Shown here piece after piece: positions 45,851 to 56,179 of a stretch of 64,000 bases of DNA. This DNA comes from Candidatus Limnocylindrales bacterium. Lineage in GTDB: Bacteria > Chloroflexota > Limnocylindria > Limnocylindrales > CSP1-4. The position numbers and the translations under genes are program-made. The notes under the pieces were generated by a model. The model did not search any database. It worked only from the letters and a program-made list of their open reading frames with translations, and was not told where the DNA came from. The DNA is taken from positions 1,115-65,114 of the forward strand of contig DASVYJ010000091.1 in assembly GCA_036392215.1 (NCBI GenBank), in the 5' to 3' direction. The first letter of the stretch is position 1; the number at the start of each line of letters is the position of its first letter.

Positions 45851-48117
45851 GCAGCCACGGCAGCGGCATCGGCGCCTCGCCGAAGCGCGTCGGCGGCTAC
45901 GACCGGGTCACCGGGCAGCATGCCTACGTCGCCGACGTCCGGCTGGCCGACGCGCTCCACGCCAAGCTCGTCACGGTCCCGGTCGCCCGGGCCCGGATCA
46001 TCGCCATCGACACGTCGGCCGCCCTGGCCGTACCAGGGGTCCGCTGCGTCCTCACCGCGGCCGACCTGCCCCAGCCGGTGCCCCGCTTCGGCCCCCAGCA
46101 CGAGGACCGGCCGGTCATCGCCGTCGGCGAGACGAAGTACCACGGCGACCCCGTGGCCGCGGTCGCGGCCGAGACGAAGGACGCCGCCGAAGAAGCGGCC
46201 GGTCTCGTCCGCATCGAATACGAGGAGCTGCCCGCGGTCTTCACCGTGGCGGCCGCCCTGGCGCCGGACGCGCCGCTCGTCCAGGACCCGGTCCTCCGGC
46301 CCGGCGACCCGCTGGCAAGCACCAACGTCTTCAATCAGCACCTCGTCGGCTGGGGCGACGTGGAGGCCGCGGAGGCCGACCTCGTCGTCGAGCACGACTA
46401 CTCGTTCCCGATGGTCACCCATTTCGCCATCGAGCCGCACGGCTTCATCGCCGCGCCCGACGGCGACGGGATCGCGGTGTGGAGCTCGATCCAGCACCCC
46501 AACTGGCTCCAGAAGGTCCTCGCCCGGATCCTGGGGCTGCCGCTCTCCAAGGTCCGCGTCCGCGCCCCGGACCCGGGCGGCGGTTTCGGCGGCAAGCAGC
46601 ACGCCAAGTACGAGCCGCTCGTCGCCTTCCTCGCCCTCCGGACCGGGCGGCCCGTCCGCCTCGTCCTGACCCTCGACGAGACGTTCCAGGCCGTCCGGCG
46701 CGCCGCGGCCGCGATCCACGTCCGGACCGGCCTGCGGTCCGACGGCCGGATCGCCTTCCAGGACATCCGGGCGGACTACCTCGTCGGCGCCTACGTCGAC
46801 ATCGCCGACCGCGTCGTCAACAAGGGCAGCTACCCGGGCGCCGGGCCGTACGGCATCCCGGCCGTCCGCATCGTCGCCCGGACCGTCCTGTCGCACACCG
46901 TGCCCTCCACCGCGTTCCGCGGCTTCGGCAACCCCCAGGTCAACTGGGCCGTGGAGTCGAACCTCGACGACGCGGCCCGCCAGCTCGGCCTCGACCCGCT
47001 GGAGCTGCGGCTGCGCAACCTGGCCCACCGCGGCGACGCCTTCATCCCATTCGACACCCACGCCGACGGCGACTGGGAGCAGACCGTCCGCCGGGCGGCC
47101 GAGCTGATCGGCTGGGACAGTCCTGTCCCGCCGGGCCACGGCCGGGGCATCGCCCTCGGCATCAAGTCCGGGCCGACGACCGGTCTTTCGTACTCGACGG
47201 TCCGCCTGCTCGCCGACGGCAGCGTCATCGTCTACGCCGGGACCTCCGACATGGGCCAGGGCGCCCGGACCGTGCTCGCTCAGATCGCCGCCCAGGAGCT
47301 CGGCGCGCCGCTCGACTGGGTGACCGTGGTGATGGGCGACACGGCCGTCGTGCCGTACGATCAGCAGACCTCGGCGAGCCGCTCGACCGTGCTGATGGGC
47401 AACTCCGTCCTGCGGGCCTGCCGCGACGTCCAGCGCCAGCTGGCCGAGATGGCCGCTCGCGTCCACGGTGTGGCCCTCGAGCAGGTCAGCGTGGCCGACG
47501 GCTTCGTCCGCCTGCCGGACCGCGAGCTGCCGATCGTCGAGGTGCTGAAGGCGGGCCTCGGCCGCCTCGGCGGCGAGGTCATCGGCAACGGGGTGATGCG
47601 CAAGGAGATGGAGCCCGAGCATCCCCTCGGCGGCAGCGCGGCCTTCTTCGAGTTCAACTGCACCGCCGTCGAGGTGACGGTCGACGAGGGGACGGGCGAG
47701 ATCACGATCGTCCGCCACGTCACCGTCTCCGACGTGGGCCGGGCCATCAATCCGCTCCAGGTCCGGATGCAGGACGAGGGCGCGGCGATCATGGGCCTCG
47801 GCCACACCCTCATGGAGCACTACATCTTCGACGAGGCCGGCCGCATCCGGAACCTGGGCGCCATCGACTATCGCGTCCCGACGAGCCTCGACCTCCCGGT
47901 CCGCCTGGAGAGCGCGATCGTCGAGAACGCCGACGGGCCGGGGCCCTACGGCTCGAAGGGGATGAGCGAGGGCGCCCTGCTCTGCGTCGCCCCGGCGGTC
48001 GCCGCTGCCGTCCGCGACGCGACGGGGGCCGTCATCCGCGACCTGCCGCTCAGCCCGGAGCGCGTCTGGCACGCCCTCCAGGAGCGGCCGGCGCGCGTCC
48101 CGCTGGAGGTGCCCTGA
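45847..48117 (+). CDS. molybdenum hydroxylase large MoCo-binding subunit (xanthine-dehydrogenase family), unsplit, set 2
   Basis: Start MSSHGSGIG, in frame with track ORF 45184..48117 and overlapping the FeS-subunit stop (ATGA). 756 aa with hammerhead and MoCo domains (GGGFGGK, GQGARTVLAQIAA). Confidence 0.85.
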   Translation: MSSHGSGIGASPKRVGGYDRVTGQHAYVADVRLADALHAKLVTVPVARARIIAIDTSAALAVPGVRCVLTAADLPQPVPRFGPQHEDRPVIAVGETKYHGDPVAAVAAETKDAAEEAAGLVRIEYEELPAVFTVAAALAPDAPLVQDPVLRPGDPLASTNVFNQHLVGWGDVEAAEADLVVEHDYSFPMVTHFAIEPHGFIAAPDGDGIAVWSSIQHPNWLQKVLARILGLPLSKVRVRAPDPGGGFGGKQHAKYEPLVAFLALRTGRPVRLVLTLDETFQAVRRAAAAIHVRTGLRSDGRIAFQDIRADYLVGAYVDIADRVVNKGSYPGAGPYGIPAVRIVARTVLSHTVPSTAFRGFGNPQVNWAVESNLDDAARQLGLDPLELRLRNLAHRGDAFIPFDTHADGDWEQTVRRAAELIGWDSPVPPGHGRGIALGIKSGPTTGLSYSTVRLLADGSVIVYAGTSDMGQGARTVLAQIAAQELGAPLDWVTVVMGDTAVVPYDQQTSASRSTVLMGNSVLRACRDVQRQLAEMAARVHGVALEQVSVADGFVRLPDRELPIVEVLKAGLGRLGGEVIGNGVMRKEMEPEHPLGGSAAFFEFNCTAVEVTVDEGTGEITIVRHVTVSDVGRAINPLQVRMQDEGAAIMGLGHTLMEHYIFDEAGRIRNLGAIDYRVPTSLDLPVRLESAIVENADGPGPYGSKGMSEGALLCVAPAVAAAVRDATGAVIRDLPLSPERVWHALQERPARVPLEVP

Positions 48118-49007
48118 TGCTCACCCGCTCCGAGGTCGGTCCCGTCGCCGGGCTGCCGGCCGAGCAGGTCGTCCGCGCGGCGGGCCTCGTCCGCGAGGGT
48201 CGCACCTACTCGCTCGCTGCGGCGCGCTACCCGGGCATGCCACTGTTCCCCGGCCACCCGCCGTTCCAGGTCCTCAACTACCGCACGCCCCGCGGCATCC
48301 GGGTCAGCGGCGCGAAGCCGTGGGGTCCCGTCAACGACGCCGGGCTCGGCTACATGGCCGAGTACGTCATGGCGACCTCACATTCCGGCGCCCATGTCGA
48401 CGCGCTGGCCCACATGACCGTCGGCGACGACATGCACTGGTACGGCGGGGGGAGGCCGGACGAGCACCTGACCGACTTCGGGCCGACCTTCGGCGACGCG
48501 GAGAAGCTGCCGCCGTTCTTCACCCGCGGCGTCCTCCTCGACGTGCCGGCGCATCGCGGCCTCGAGGTCCTGCCGGCCGGCTCGCCGGTCGGCGCCGCCG
48601 AGCTCGAGGCGATCTGCGAGGCGCAGGGCGTGACCGTCGAGCCGTGGGACGTCGTCCTCATCCGGACCGGCTACATGGGCCTCTGGCCCGACGCCGAGCG
48701 GATGGCGGCCCACAAGACGGCGGGCCCGGACATCTCGGCCGCGCGCTGGCTCCTGGAGCGCGGCGTCGTCGCCAGCGGCACGGACACCGAGACCTACGAG
48801 GTCCAGCCGGCGCCCGACCCCGGGCCGGCGGGCAACCCGCAGCCGGTCCACACCCTGCTCCTCATCGAACACGGCATCTATCTCATGGAGAGCCTCGACC
48901 TGGAGGCCCTCGCCCGCGACCGCATCCACGAGTTCCTGTTCGTCGCCCTGCCGCTCAAGATCCGGGGCGCGACGGGCTCGATGATCGACCCGCTCGCCGT
49001 CATCTAG
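48117..49007 (+). CDS. cyclase-family protein (kynurenine-formamidase-like metal-dependent hydrolase, PF04199)
   Basis: TGATG overlap with the MoCo subunit and a GGAGG SD. HxGxH-type region (SHSGAHVDALAHM). 296 aa. Confidence 0.75.
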   Translation: MLTRSEVGPVAGLPAEQVVRAAGLVREGRTYSLAAARYPGMPLFPGHPPFQVLNYRTPRGIRVSGAKPWGPVNDAGLGYMAEYVMATSHSGAHVDALAHMTVGDDMHWYGGGRPDEHLTDFGPTFGDAEKLPPFFTRGVLLDVPAHRGLEVLPAGSPVGAAELEAICEAQGVTVEPWDVVLIRTGYMGLWPDAERMAAHKTAGPDISAARWLLERGVVASGTDTETYEVQPAPDPGPAGNPQPVHTLLLIEHGIYLMESLDLEALARDRIHEFLFVALPLKIRGATGSMIDPLAVI

Positions 49008-49016
49008 GAGGCCTCC

Positions 49017-50111
49017 GTGACCCTCGCCGCCGTGCCCCAGCCCGCCAGCCCCGCCCTGCCGGCGACGATGGAGGCCCTCGTCGTGCTCGAGCCCGAGCGC
49101 TTCGAGATCCGCGAGGTGCCGGTCCCGACGCCCGGGCCCGACCAGGTCCTGGCTCGTGTCGGGGCGGTCAGCATCTGCGGCACCGACAGCCACCTGGTCC
49201 ACGGCGACTACCCGGGCTTCTGGCCGCCGGCCTTCCCCTTCACCCCTGGGCACGAGTGGGCCGGCGAGCTCGTCGCCCTGGGTCCCGGGGCCGAGCGCCA
49301 CGGCTGGCGGGTCGGCGACCGCGTCGCGGGCACGAGCCATGACGCCTGCGGGGTCTGCCAGGCCTGCGTCGAGGGCCGCTACAACCTCTGCGCCAACTAT
49401 GGGGTGCCGGGCCTCCACCGCCAGTACGGCCACACGGTCCAGGGCGCGGACGCGACGTACGTCGTGCAGGGCGTCAAGACGATCTTCCGGCTACCCGAGG
49501 CCCTGAGCTTCGCCGAGGGCGCCGTCGTCGACCCGGCGTCCATCGCGCTCCACGTCGCGAACCGCGCCGAGGTCCGCCCGGGTGACACGGTCGCGGTCAC
49601 CGGCGCAGGAGCGATCGGGCTCTTGGCGGCCCAGGCCGCGCAGGTCCGGGGCGCGGCCCGCGTCCTGGTGGTGGGCCGGGGACGGCGGCTGCAGGTCGCC
49701 GCCACGTTCGGCTTCGAGACGATCGACACTGCGGACGGCGACCCGGTGGCCGAGCTGCGGGCGCGGACCGAGGGCGTCGGGGTCGACCGCGTCCTCGAGT
49801 GCGCCGGGGTCCCGGCGACGCTCTCCTGGGCCCTGGCGATGCTCCGCCGGGGCGGCCGCTGCGCCGTGGTCGGCATCCCCACCGAGCCGGTCGGCCTCGA
49901 ACTCCAGCGGCTCGTCCTCGACGAGCTGGAGCTCGTCGGGGTCCGGGCCAGCGCCGGCGAGATGCGCCACGTCCTGCCGCTCGTCGCCCAGCGCCGCATC
50001 GACGTCGGGCGGATCATCACCCACCGCTTCCCGCTGGCCGCGTACGGCGAGGCGCTCCGGACGTTCCGCGACCCCGGGGCGGGTGCGATCAAGATCGTCC
50101 TGGAGCCCTGA
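49017..50111 (+). CDS. zinc-binding alcohol dehydrogenase (MDR family)
   Basis: GTG at 49017 after GGAGG; an alternative ATG lies at 49068. Catalytic and structural Zn motifs (ICGTDSH, GHEWAG, CGVCQAC) and the GAGAIG NAD fold. Confidence 0.8.
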   Translation: MTLAAVPQPASPALPATMEALVVLEPERFEIREVPVPTPGPDQVLARVGAVSICGTDSHLVHGDYPGFWPPAFPFTPGHEWAGELVALGPGAERHGWRVGDRVAGTSHDACGVCQACVEGRYNLCANYGVPGLHRQYGHTVQGADATYVVQGVKTIFRLPEALSFAEGAVVDPASIALHVANRAEVRPGDTVAVTGAGAIGLLAAQAAQVRGAARVLVVGRGRRLQVAATFGFETIDTADGDPVAELRARTEGVGVDRVLECAGVPATLSWALAMLRRGGRCAVVGIPTEPVGLELQRLVLDELELVGVRASAGEMRHVLPLVAQRRIDVGRIITHRFPLAAYGEALRTFRDPGAGAIKIVLEP

Positions 50112-50166
50112 GGCGAGGCGGCGTCGGTCACGGCCGGCGGCGGGCCGGGCGCGAGTCGGGCGGGCT

Positions 50167-50172
50167 TTGACA
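50167..50172 (+). promoter_or_regulatory. TTGACA-like -35 hexamer in the AT-richer spacer upstream of the DeoR gene
   Basis: The sequence tttgacagaatgtgcgcgaacgtgcaaggatatgacgtg is a local AT-rich island in an otherwise ~72% GC region. Coordinates are approximate (+/-1). It may place the true DeoR start at the downstream GTG. Confidence 0.3.
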
Positions 50173-50174
50173 GA

Positions 50175-50996
50175 ATGTGCGCGAACGTGCAAGGATATGA
50201 CGTGACGCGCAATATCCTGAGCGAAGACGGCGCGCGGGCGCTCGCCGCAGAGCGCCGGCGACGGCTGCGGGACCTGGTCGAGACGCGCCACGCCGCCCGC
50301 CTCGAGGAACTCAGCGTCGCGCTCGGCGTCTCGCAGGCGACGGTCCGGCGGGACCTGGACCAGCTGGCCGCCGAGGGCAAGCTCCGTCGCGTCCACGGTG
50401 GCGCGGTGGTCGTCGACGAGCGGCCGAGCGAGGTCCACTTCGACGTCAAGGCCGGCGAGGCGGCCGAGGCCAAGGAGCGGATCGCCGCCCGGGCCATCCA
50501 GCTCCTCGCCCCGGACGACACCGTCTACCTCGACAGCGGCAGCACCGTCCTCGCGGCCGCCCGCCTGCTTCGCGACTGGGAGCGCCTGACAGTGGTGACG
50601 AACAGCCTCCCGGTCGCGACGACGCTGATGGGCCGCGGGCCGCGGGTCATCGTCGTCGGCGGCGAGCTGCGAGCCACCAGCCAGGCCCTCGTCGGGCCGC
50701 TCAGCCGGCTCATGCTCGAGGGGCTCCACCTCGACCGGGCGCTGCTCGGGACATTCGCCCTGTCGCTCGAAGGCGGCCTGATGACGACCGAGCCGGCGGA
50801 GGCCTACACCAAGGAGCTCGTCCTGGGCCGGGCGCGCGAGGTGATCCTGCTGGCCGACAGCCGCAAGGTCGGCACGAGCTCGTTCGTGGGGGCCGGGCGA
50901 CTCGAGGCCGTCGACATCCTGGTGACCGACGCCGGCATCGCCGACGGCGCGGTCCGCAGCCTCGAGCGGCGGGGCATCAAGGTGATCAAGGCATGA
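50175..50996 (+). CDS. DeoR/GlpR-family transcriptional regulator
   Basis: N-terminal HTH (ERRRRLRDLVETRHAARLEELSVALGVSQATVRRDLDQLAAEGKLRRVHGG) followed by a DeoR C-terminal sugar-binding domain. The start may be the downstream GTG near 50202. Confidence 0.75.
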   Translation: MCANVQGYDVTRNILSEDGARALAAERRRRLRDLVETRHAARLEELSVALGVSQATVRRDLDQLAAEGKLRRVHGGAVVVDERPSEVHFDVKAGEAAEAKERIAARAIQLLAPDDTVYLDSGSTVLAAARLLRDWERLTVVTNSLPVATTLMGRGPRVIVVGGELRATSQALVGPLSRLMLEGLHLDRALLGTFALSLEGGLMTTEPAEAYTKELVLGRAREVILLADSRKVGTSSFVGAGRLEAVDILVTDAGIADGAVRSLERRGIKVIKA

Positions 50997-51046
50997 GCGT
51001 CGGACCGACCGTCACGCGCCGGGGACGACGGAGCACGGAGGCCCCG

Positions 51047-53350
51047 ATGGTGGCGGATGCGGTCTACCACAGCGACACCCGCCCGGATTTCGAGCCGTTC
51101 GAGACGTCGCTCGGCGCGATCCGCGGCTTCGAGGCGCGGCCCGACCTGGCCGAGCTGCTGGCCGCCGGCCGCCTCAGCCGCGAGGCGGCGCTCGGCCTGC
51201 TCGACGACATGCTCGCCATCCGCGAGCTGGAGGAGATGATCGTCCGGCTCCGCTCCGGCGGCTACGAGCCGCTCCCCGGCTACGACTACCGCGGCCCCAC
51301 CCACGTCTCGATCGGCCAGGAGGGCTCGCCGGTCGGCGCCTGCACCGCCCTCCGGCCGGACGACCACATCACCAGCTCGCACCGGGGGCACGGCGACGCG
51401 GTCGCCAAAGGCTTCGCGGCCATCCGCCGGATGAGCGACGAGGAGCTCCGCGCGCGTGTGCCCGGGTCGACCGCCGGGGACCATGATGGGCTCGTCGCCG
51501 AGGCCCTCGAGGAGCACGTCTACCGGGTCATCGCCGAGCTGTTCGGCAAGGAGGAGGGCTACTGCCGGGGCCGGGGTGGCGGGATGCACATCGGCGACTT
51601 CGCGACCGGTAACCTGGGGGCCAACGCGATCGTCGGCGGCAGCGTGCCGATCGCGACGGGAGCGGCGATGGCCCTCCGCTACCGGCGCTCCGACCGCGTC
51701 GTCTGCTGCTTCGCCGGCGACGGTGCCTACGCCAACGGTGTCGTCCTCGAGTCGCTCAACTGGGCCGCCCAGGCGCAATGGACCAACCACCTGGCCGGCG
51801 ATCGGCCGTTCGGGCTGCCGATCATCTACTTCATCCAGAACAACCACTACGGGATGACCCACCGGACGGACGACGAGGTGATGGGCGTCCGCCACCTGGC
51901 CCGGCGGGCGGCCGGCTTCGCCGACGACAACATGCACGCCGAGGTCGTCAACGGCATGGACGCCCTCGCGGTCCACGAGGCCATCGGCCGCGCGGCGGCG
52001 CTCTGCCGCCAGGGTCGCGGCCCGGTCCTCATCGAGGCGAGCACGTACCGCTACTACGGCCACTCCCTGTCGGACCCCCGGAATGAGTACAGGACGCGGG
52101 ACGAGGAGGCGGCCTGGCGCGCCGCGGACCCGATCGAGCGGCTGGAGCACGAGCTCGTGGCCGCGGGCGTGGCCGACGAGGCCGGTATCGCGGCGCTCGA
52201 GGCCGCGGCGCGGGAGCGGAACGCGCGGGCGGCGCGCCGCGCAGCTGCGGCGACCGACCCCGAGCCCGTCGACGTGCTGCGCTACCTCTACGCGGGGACG
52301 GTCGCGGACGTCGTGCCGCTCGGCGACGGCGACGTCGAGACCCTCGCCGAGCCGCCCGTCGCCACCCGGGACGCCGCGGGCGGGATCAGCTACCGGGACG
52401 CCATCCGCGAGGCGCTCGTCGGCGAGATGCTGCGCGACCGCCGGGTCATCCACTACGGCGAGGACGTCGCCGACTACGGCGGCGCGTTCAAGCTGACCAA
52501 GGGGCTCCTGGAGGCGTTCGGCCGCGACCGCGTCTTCAACACGCCGATCAGCGAGGCCTGCATCATCGGCACGGGAGTCGGCGCGGCCATGGTCGGGCTG
52601 CGACCCGTCGTCGAGCTGATGTACATGGACTTCGCCCTGATGGCCTCGGACCAGATCGCCAACCAGGCCGCCAAGTGGCACTACATGAGCGGCGCCCAGG
52701 TCACCGTCCCGCTCGTCATCCGCGCCTCCGTCGGCGCCGGCAAGGGCTACGGCGGGCAGCATTCGCAATCGCTCGAGAGCATCTTCACCCACACCCCGGG
52801 CCTGAAGGTCGTCTACCCGGCCACCCCGGCGGACGCGAAGGGCCTCCTCGCGGCGGCGATCCGCTCCGACGACCCGGTGCTCTTCGTGGAAAGCCAGGGT
52901 CTCTACGGGACGAAGGGGCCGGTGCCGGAGGGCGAGCACGTCGTCCCGCTCGGCGTCTCCCGCGTCGCCCGCGAGGGCTCGGACGCGACGATCGTCGCCT
53001 GGGGCCCCGCCGTCCCCGATGCCCTCGTCGCGGCAGAGCGGCTGGCGGCCGAGCACGGCATCTCGGCCGAGGTGATCGACCTGCGGACGCTCGTCCCGCT
53101 GGACATCGAGACGGTCCTCGACTCGGTCCGCCGGACGGGCCGCTGCGTGGTGGCCAGTCAGGCGGTCCTGATCGGCAGCTACGTCAACGAGATCGTGGCC
53201 CGCATCCAGGCCGAGGCGTTCGACTTCCTCGACGGCCCCGTCGGCCGCGTGGGCGCCGCCAACGGCATCTCGCCCCAGGCCGAGGCGCTCGAACGGGCCT
53301 TCCTGCCCGATGCGAGCTCCATCCTCGACGCCGTGCTCGCGCTCATCTGA
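51047..53350 (+). CDS. fused E1 alpha-beta subunit of a TPP-dependent 2-oxoacid (acetoin/pyruvate/branched-chain type) dehydrogenase complex
   Basis: ATG at 51047 with a GGAGG SD; an alternative ATG at 50993 overlaps the DeoR stop. The alpha part has the TPP motif (GDGAYANG...N). The beta part carries transketolase-like Pyr and C-terminal domains. 767 aa single polypeptide. Confidence 0.8.
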   Translation: MVADAVYHSDTRPDFEPFETSLGAIRGFEARPDLAELLAAGRLSREAALGLLDDMLAIRELEEMIVRLRSGGYEPLPGYDYRGPTHVSIGQEGSPVGACTALRPDDHITSSHRGHGDAVAKGFAAIRRMSDEELRARVPGSTAGDHDGLVAEALEEHVYRVIAELFGKEEGYCRGRGGGMHIGDFATGNLGANAIVGGSVPIATGAAMALRYRRSDRVVCCFAGDGAYANGVVLESLNWAAQAQWTNHLAGDRPFGLPIIYFIQNNHYGMTHRTDDEVMGVRHLARRAAGFADDNMHAEVVNGMDALAVHEAIGRAAALCRQGRGPVLIEASTYRYYGHSLSDPRNEYRTRDEEAAWRAADPIERLEHELVAAGVADEAGIAALEAAARERNARAARRAAAATDPEPVDVLRYLYAGTVADVVPLGDGDVETLAEPPVATRDAAGGISYRDAIREALVGEMLRDRRVIHYGEDVADYGGAFKLTKGLLEAFGRDRVFNTPISEACIIGTGVGAAMVGLRPVVELMYMDFALMASDQIANQAAKWHYMSGAQVTVPLVIRASVGAGKGYGGQHSQSLESIFTHTPGLKVVYPATPADAKGLLAAAIRSDDPVLFVESQGLYGTKGPVPEGEHVVPLGVSRVAREGSDATIVAWGPAVPDALVAAERLAAEHGISAEVIDLRTLVPLDIETVLDSVRRTGRCVVASQAVLIGSYVNEIVARIQAEAFDFLDGPVGRVGAANGISPQAEALERAFLPDASSILDAVLALI

Positions 53351-53394
53351 CCGACTCGCCGCAGGCCGGCGCCGCCGGCGACCAGAGGGAACCG

Positions 53395-54735
53395 ATGGCC
53401 CACCCGATCCTGATGCCCAAGCCCGGTCAGATGACCGAGGAATGCGTCGTCGTGGCCTGGCGCAAGCGCGAAGGCGATCCCGTGCGCAAGGGCGACGTCC
53501 TGTTCGAGATCGAGACCGACAAGTCGGTGATGGACGTCGAGGCCTTCGACGAGGGCATCCTCCTGAGGCGCCTGGTCGAGGAGGGACAGACCGTCCCGGT
53601 GAACGCGGTCTGCGCCTACGTCGGCGAGCCCGGCGAGGCGGTCCCGGAGGTCGAGGCGGGGCAGCCCTTCACCCTGGCCGCCGAGCAGGCCGCAGCGCCC
53701 GTCTCGTCGCCCGTCGTCGCGGCGCCGGCGGGGTCCGCCGAGTCGACGGCATCGCGGCGGGCTGCGACGCCGACGGCGCCGGTCCCGTCCTCCACGTCGC
53801 TCGCGCCGCCGTCCGGAAGGCGGGCGATCAGCCCGCGCGCCAGCCGCCTCGCGGCCGAGGCGGGGATCGACCCGCGCGGCCTCGCGGGGAGCGGTCCGGG
53901 TGGCCGGATCGTCGAGCGTGACGTGCGGGCCGCCGTCGCGGCGGCAGACCCGGTTGCAGCGCCCGGTGCGGCATCGTCCGCGCCGCCGCCCGCCCCGCCC
54001 GCTGCGCCCGCGTCCGCCCCGCCGGCCCTTCCGGCCTGGGACGGCGAGGAGGAGCCGCGGCCGCTCAGCCGGATGCGCCGGGTCATCGCCGAGCGCCTCA
54101 GCTGGAGCACCTCGACGATCCCGCACTTCAGCGTCACCGTCAGCGTCGACATGACCCGCCTCCTCGCCCTGCGGAGCGAGCTGAAGGCGGCCGGCACGCA
54201 GCTCAGCGTCACCGACTTCGTCCTGGCGGCCACGGCCCAGACCCTCGCCGAGTTCCCCGAGGTGAACTCGCGGACCGACGGGAGCCAGCTCTGGCTGCGC
54301 CGCCGCGTCCACCTCGGCCTGGCCGTCTCGGTCCCCAACGGCCTCGTCGTGCCGGTCCTGCGCGACGCCGACCGGCGCTCCCTGGTGGAGCTCCACGAGC
54401 GGGCCGTCGCCCTCGCCGACGCCGCCCGCAACGGGACGCTGCCGCCCGACGAGCTCATCGGCAGCACGTTCACGGTCTCGAACCTCGGCATGTTCGGGGT
54501 CGACGAGTTCCGGGCCATCATCAACCCCGGCGAAGCGGCGATCCTTGCCGTCGGCAGCGTCCTGCCGACCGCGGTCGCCGTCGGCGAGGGGCTTGCCGTG
54601 CGGCAGATGATGAAGCTGACCCTCTCGGCCGATCACCGCCTCGTGGACGGCGAGCTGGGGGCGCGATTCCTCAACGCGCTCCGGCGCCGGCTGCAGGACG
54701 TCGAGGCGTTCCGGGCCGAGGTGCGGATGGCCTGA
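53395..54735 (+). CDS. dihydrolipoamide acyltransferase (E2) with lipoyl, E3-binding and catalytic domains
   Basis: Start MAHPILMPKPGQMTEE, in frame with track ORF 52675..54735. Lipoyl-lysine motif EIETDKS. Ala/Pro linkers. The SxxDHRxxDG catalytic motif is present as SADHRLVDG. Confidence 0.8.
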   Translation: MAHPILMPKPGQMTEECVVVAWRKREGDPVRKGDVLFEIETDKSVMDVEAFDEGILLRRLVEEGQTVPVNAVCAYVGEPGEAVPEVEAGQPFTLAAEQAAAPVSSPVVAAPAGSAESTASRRAATPTAPVPSSTSLAPPSGRRAISPRASRLAAEAGIDPRGLAGSGPGGRIVERDVRAAVAAADPVAAPGAASSAPPPAPPAAPASAPPALPAWDGEEEPRPLSRMRRVIAERLSWSTSTIPHFSVTVSVDMTRLLALRSELKAAGTQLSVTDFVLAATAQTLAEFPEVNSRTDGSQLWLRRRVHLGLAVSVPNGLVVPVLRDADRRSLVELHERAVALADAARNGTLPPDELIGSTFTVSNLGMFGVDEFRAIINPGEAAILAVGSVLPTAVAVGEGLAVRQMMKLTLSADHRLVDGELGARFLNALRRRLQDVEAFRAEVRMA

Positions 54736-54925
54736 CGCCCAGCGGCGTCGGTCGAGTTCGGGGAAGGAGGCAGGGCTGGCTAGCTGAACGGGATGGGGCT
54801 TCCGTCGCCCGCGTTCCCGAGCGTGTCGCACCGGGTCCCGACCCGGCCGTCGCTCGGGCCCGGAAGCCAGGCACGGCCGGCCGTCGCCGGCCGCTGGCAG
54901 CTGCGAACGGGCAAAGGAGCCAGAG

Positions 54926-56170
54926 ATGGGCAGGACGATCCTCCTGATCGGCACCCTCGACACCAAGGGCCACGAGTACGCCTATGTCCGTGACCTGATC
55001 ACGGCCCGCGGCCATCGGGCGTTCATGCTCGACGCTGGGGTGCTGGGCGAGCCACCGCCGGGCTTCGTTCCCGACAGCGCCGCGGCCCGGACCGCTGACG
55101 CCGGCGGCGAGTCGCTCGCCGCGCTCCGCGAGCGGCACGACCGCGGTCACGCCCTGGAGGTCATGGGCAAGGGCGCCCGCGCGCTCGCCCTCGAGCTCCT
55201 CGCGGATGGTGGCTTCGACGCGGTCCTGACGATGGGCGGCTCGGGCAACACCTCGATCGGCGCGACCGCGATGCAGGCCCTGCCCGTCGGGCTGCCCAAG
55301 CTCATCGTCTCGACGATGGCCTCCGGCAACGTCGGCCCGTACGTCGACGTGAAGGACATCTCCATGATGTACTCCGTCGTCGACGTGGCCGGCCTCAACC
55401 GCATCGGCCGGCGGATCCTGGCGAACGCCGCCGGGGCCGTCTGCGGGATGGCCGAGCAGGTGGTCCCCGAGGCCGAGGAGAAGCCGCTCGTCGCGGCGAC
55501 GATGTTCGGCGTCACCACGCCCTGCGTCGACCGCTTCCGTGAGCGGCTCGAGTCGGCCGGCTTCGAGCTCCTCGTCTTCCACGCCGTCGGGTCCGGCGGC
55601 CGGGCGATGGAATCGCTCGTCAGCGACGGCTTCATCACCGCCCTCGGCGACATCACCACGACGGAGTGGTGCGACGAGCTGGTCGGCGGCGTCCTCTCCG
55701 CGGGCCCGACCCGCCTCGACGCGGCCGCCGCCAGGGGCATCCCCCAGGTCGTCTCGCTCGGCGCCCTCGACATGGTGAACTTCGGGCCGATGGAGACCGT
55801 CCCGGAGCGATTCCGCGGCCGGAAGCTCTACGTCCACAACCCCCAGGTCACCCTGATGCGGACGACCCCGCAGGAGTGCGCCCAGCTCGGCGAGATCATC
55901 GCCGCCAAGCTCAACCGCTCGACCGGTCCCGTCGCCCTGTTCGTGCCCCTGCGGGGCGTCAGCGCGATCGACGTCGAGGGCACGCCGTTCTTCGATCCCG
56001 AGGCCGACGCCGCGCTCTTCGAGGCCATCCGCGCCCACCTCGACCGCTCCGTCGTCGACCTCGTGGAGCTGGACCTTGCCATCAACGACCCGGTCTTCGC
56101 CGACGCGATGGCCGACCGCCTGCTGGCGATGCTCGGCGCCCGCCAGCCCGTCGCCGCCGCCAGCCACTAG
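54926..56170 (+). CDS. Tm-1-like ATP-binding protein (UPF0261 family)
   Basis: 414 aa with an N-terminal MGRTILLIGTLDTKGHEY pattern typical of UPF0261. Paired with the next gene as in other genomes. Confidence 0.7.
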   Translation: MGRTILLIGTLDTKGHEYAYVRDLITARGHRAFMLDAGVLGEPPPGFVPDSAAARTADAGGESLAALRERHDRGHALEVMGKGARALALELLADGGFDAVLTMGGSGNTSIGATAMQALPVGLPKLIVSTMASGNVGPYVDVKDISMMYSVVDVAGLNRIGRRILANAAGAVCGMAEQVVPEAEEKPLVAATMFGVTTPCVDRFRERLESAGFELLVFHAVGSGGRAMESLVSDGFITALGDITTTEWCDELVGGVLSAGPTRLDAAAARGIPQVVSLGALDMVNFGPMETVPERFRGRKLYVHNPQVTLMRTTPQECAQLGEIIAAKLNRSTGPVALFVPLRGVSAIDVEGTPFFDPEADAALFEAIRAHLDRSVVDLVELDLAINDPVFADAMADRLLAMLGARQPVAAASH

Positions 56171-56179
56171 GAGCCTGTC

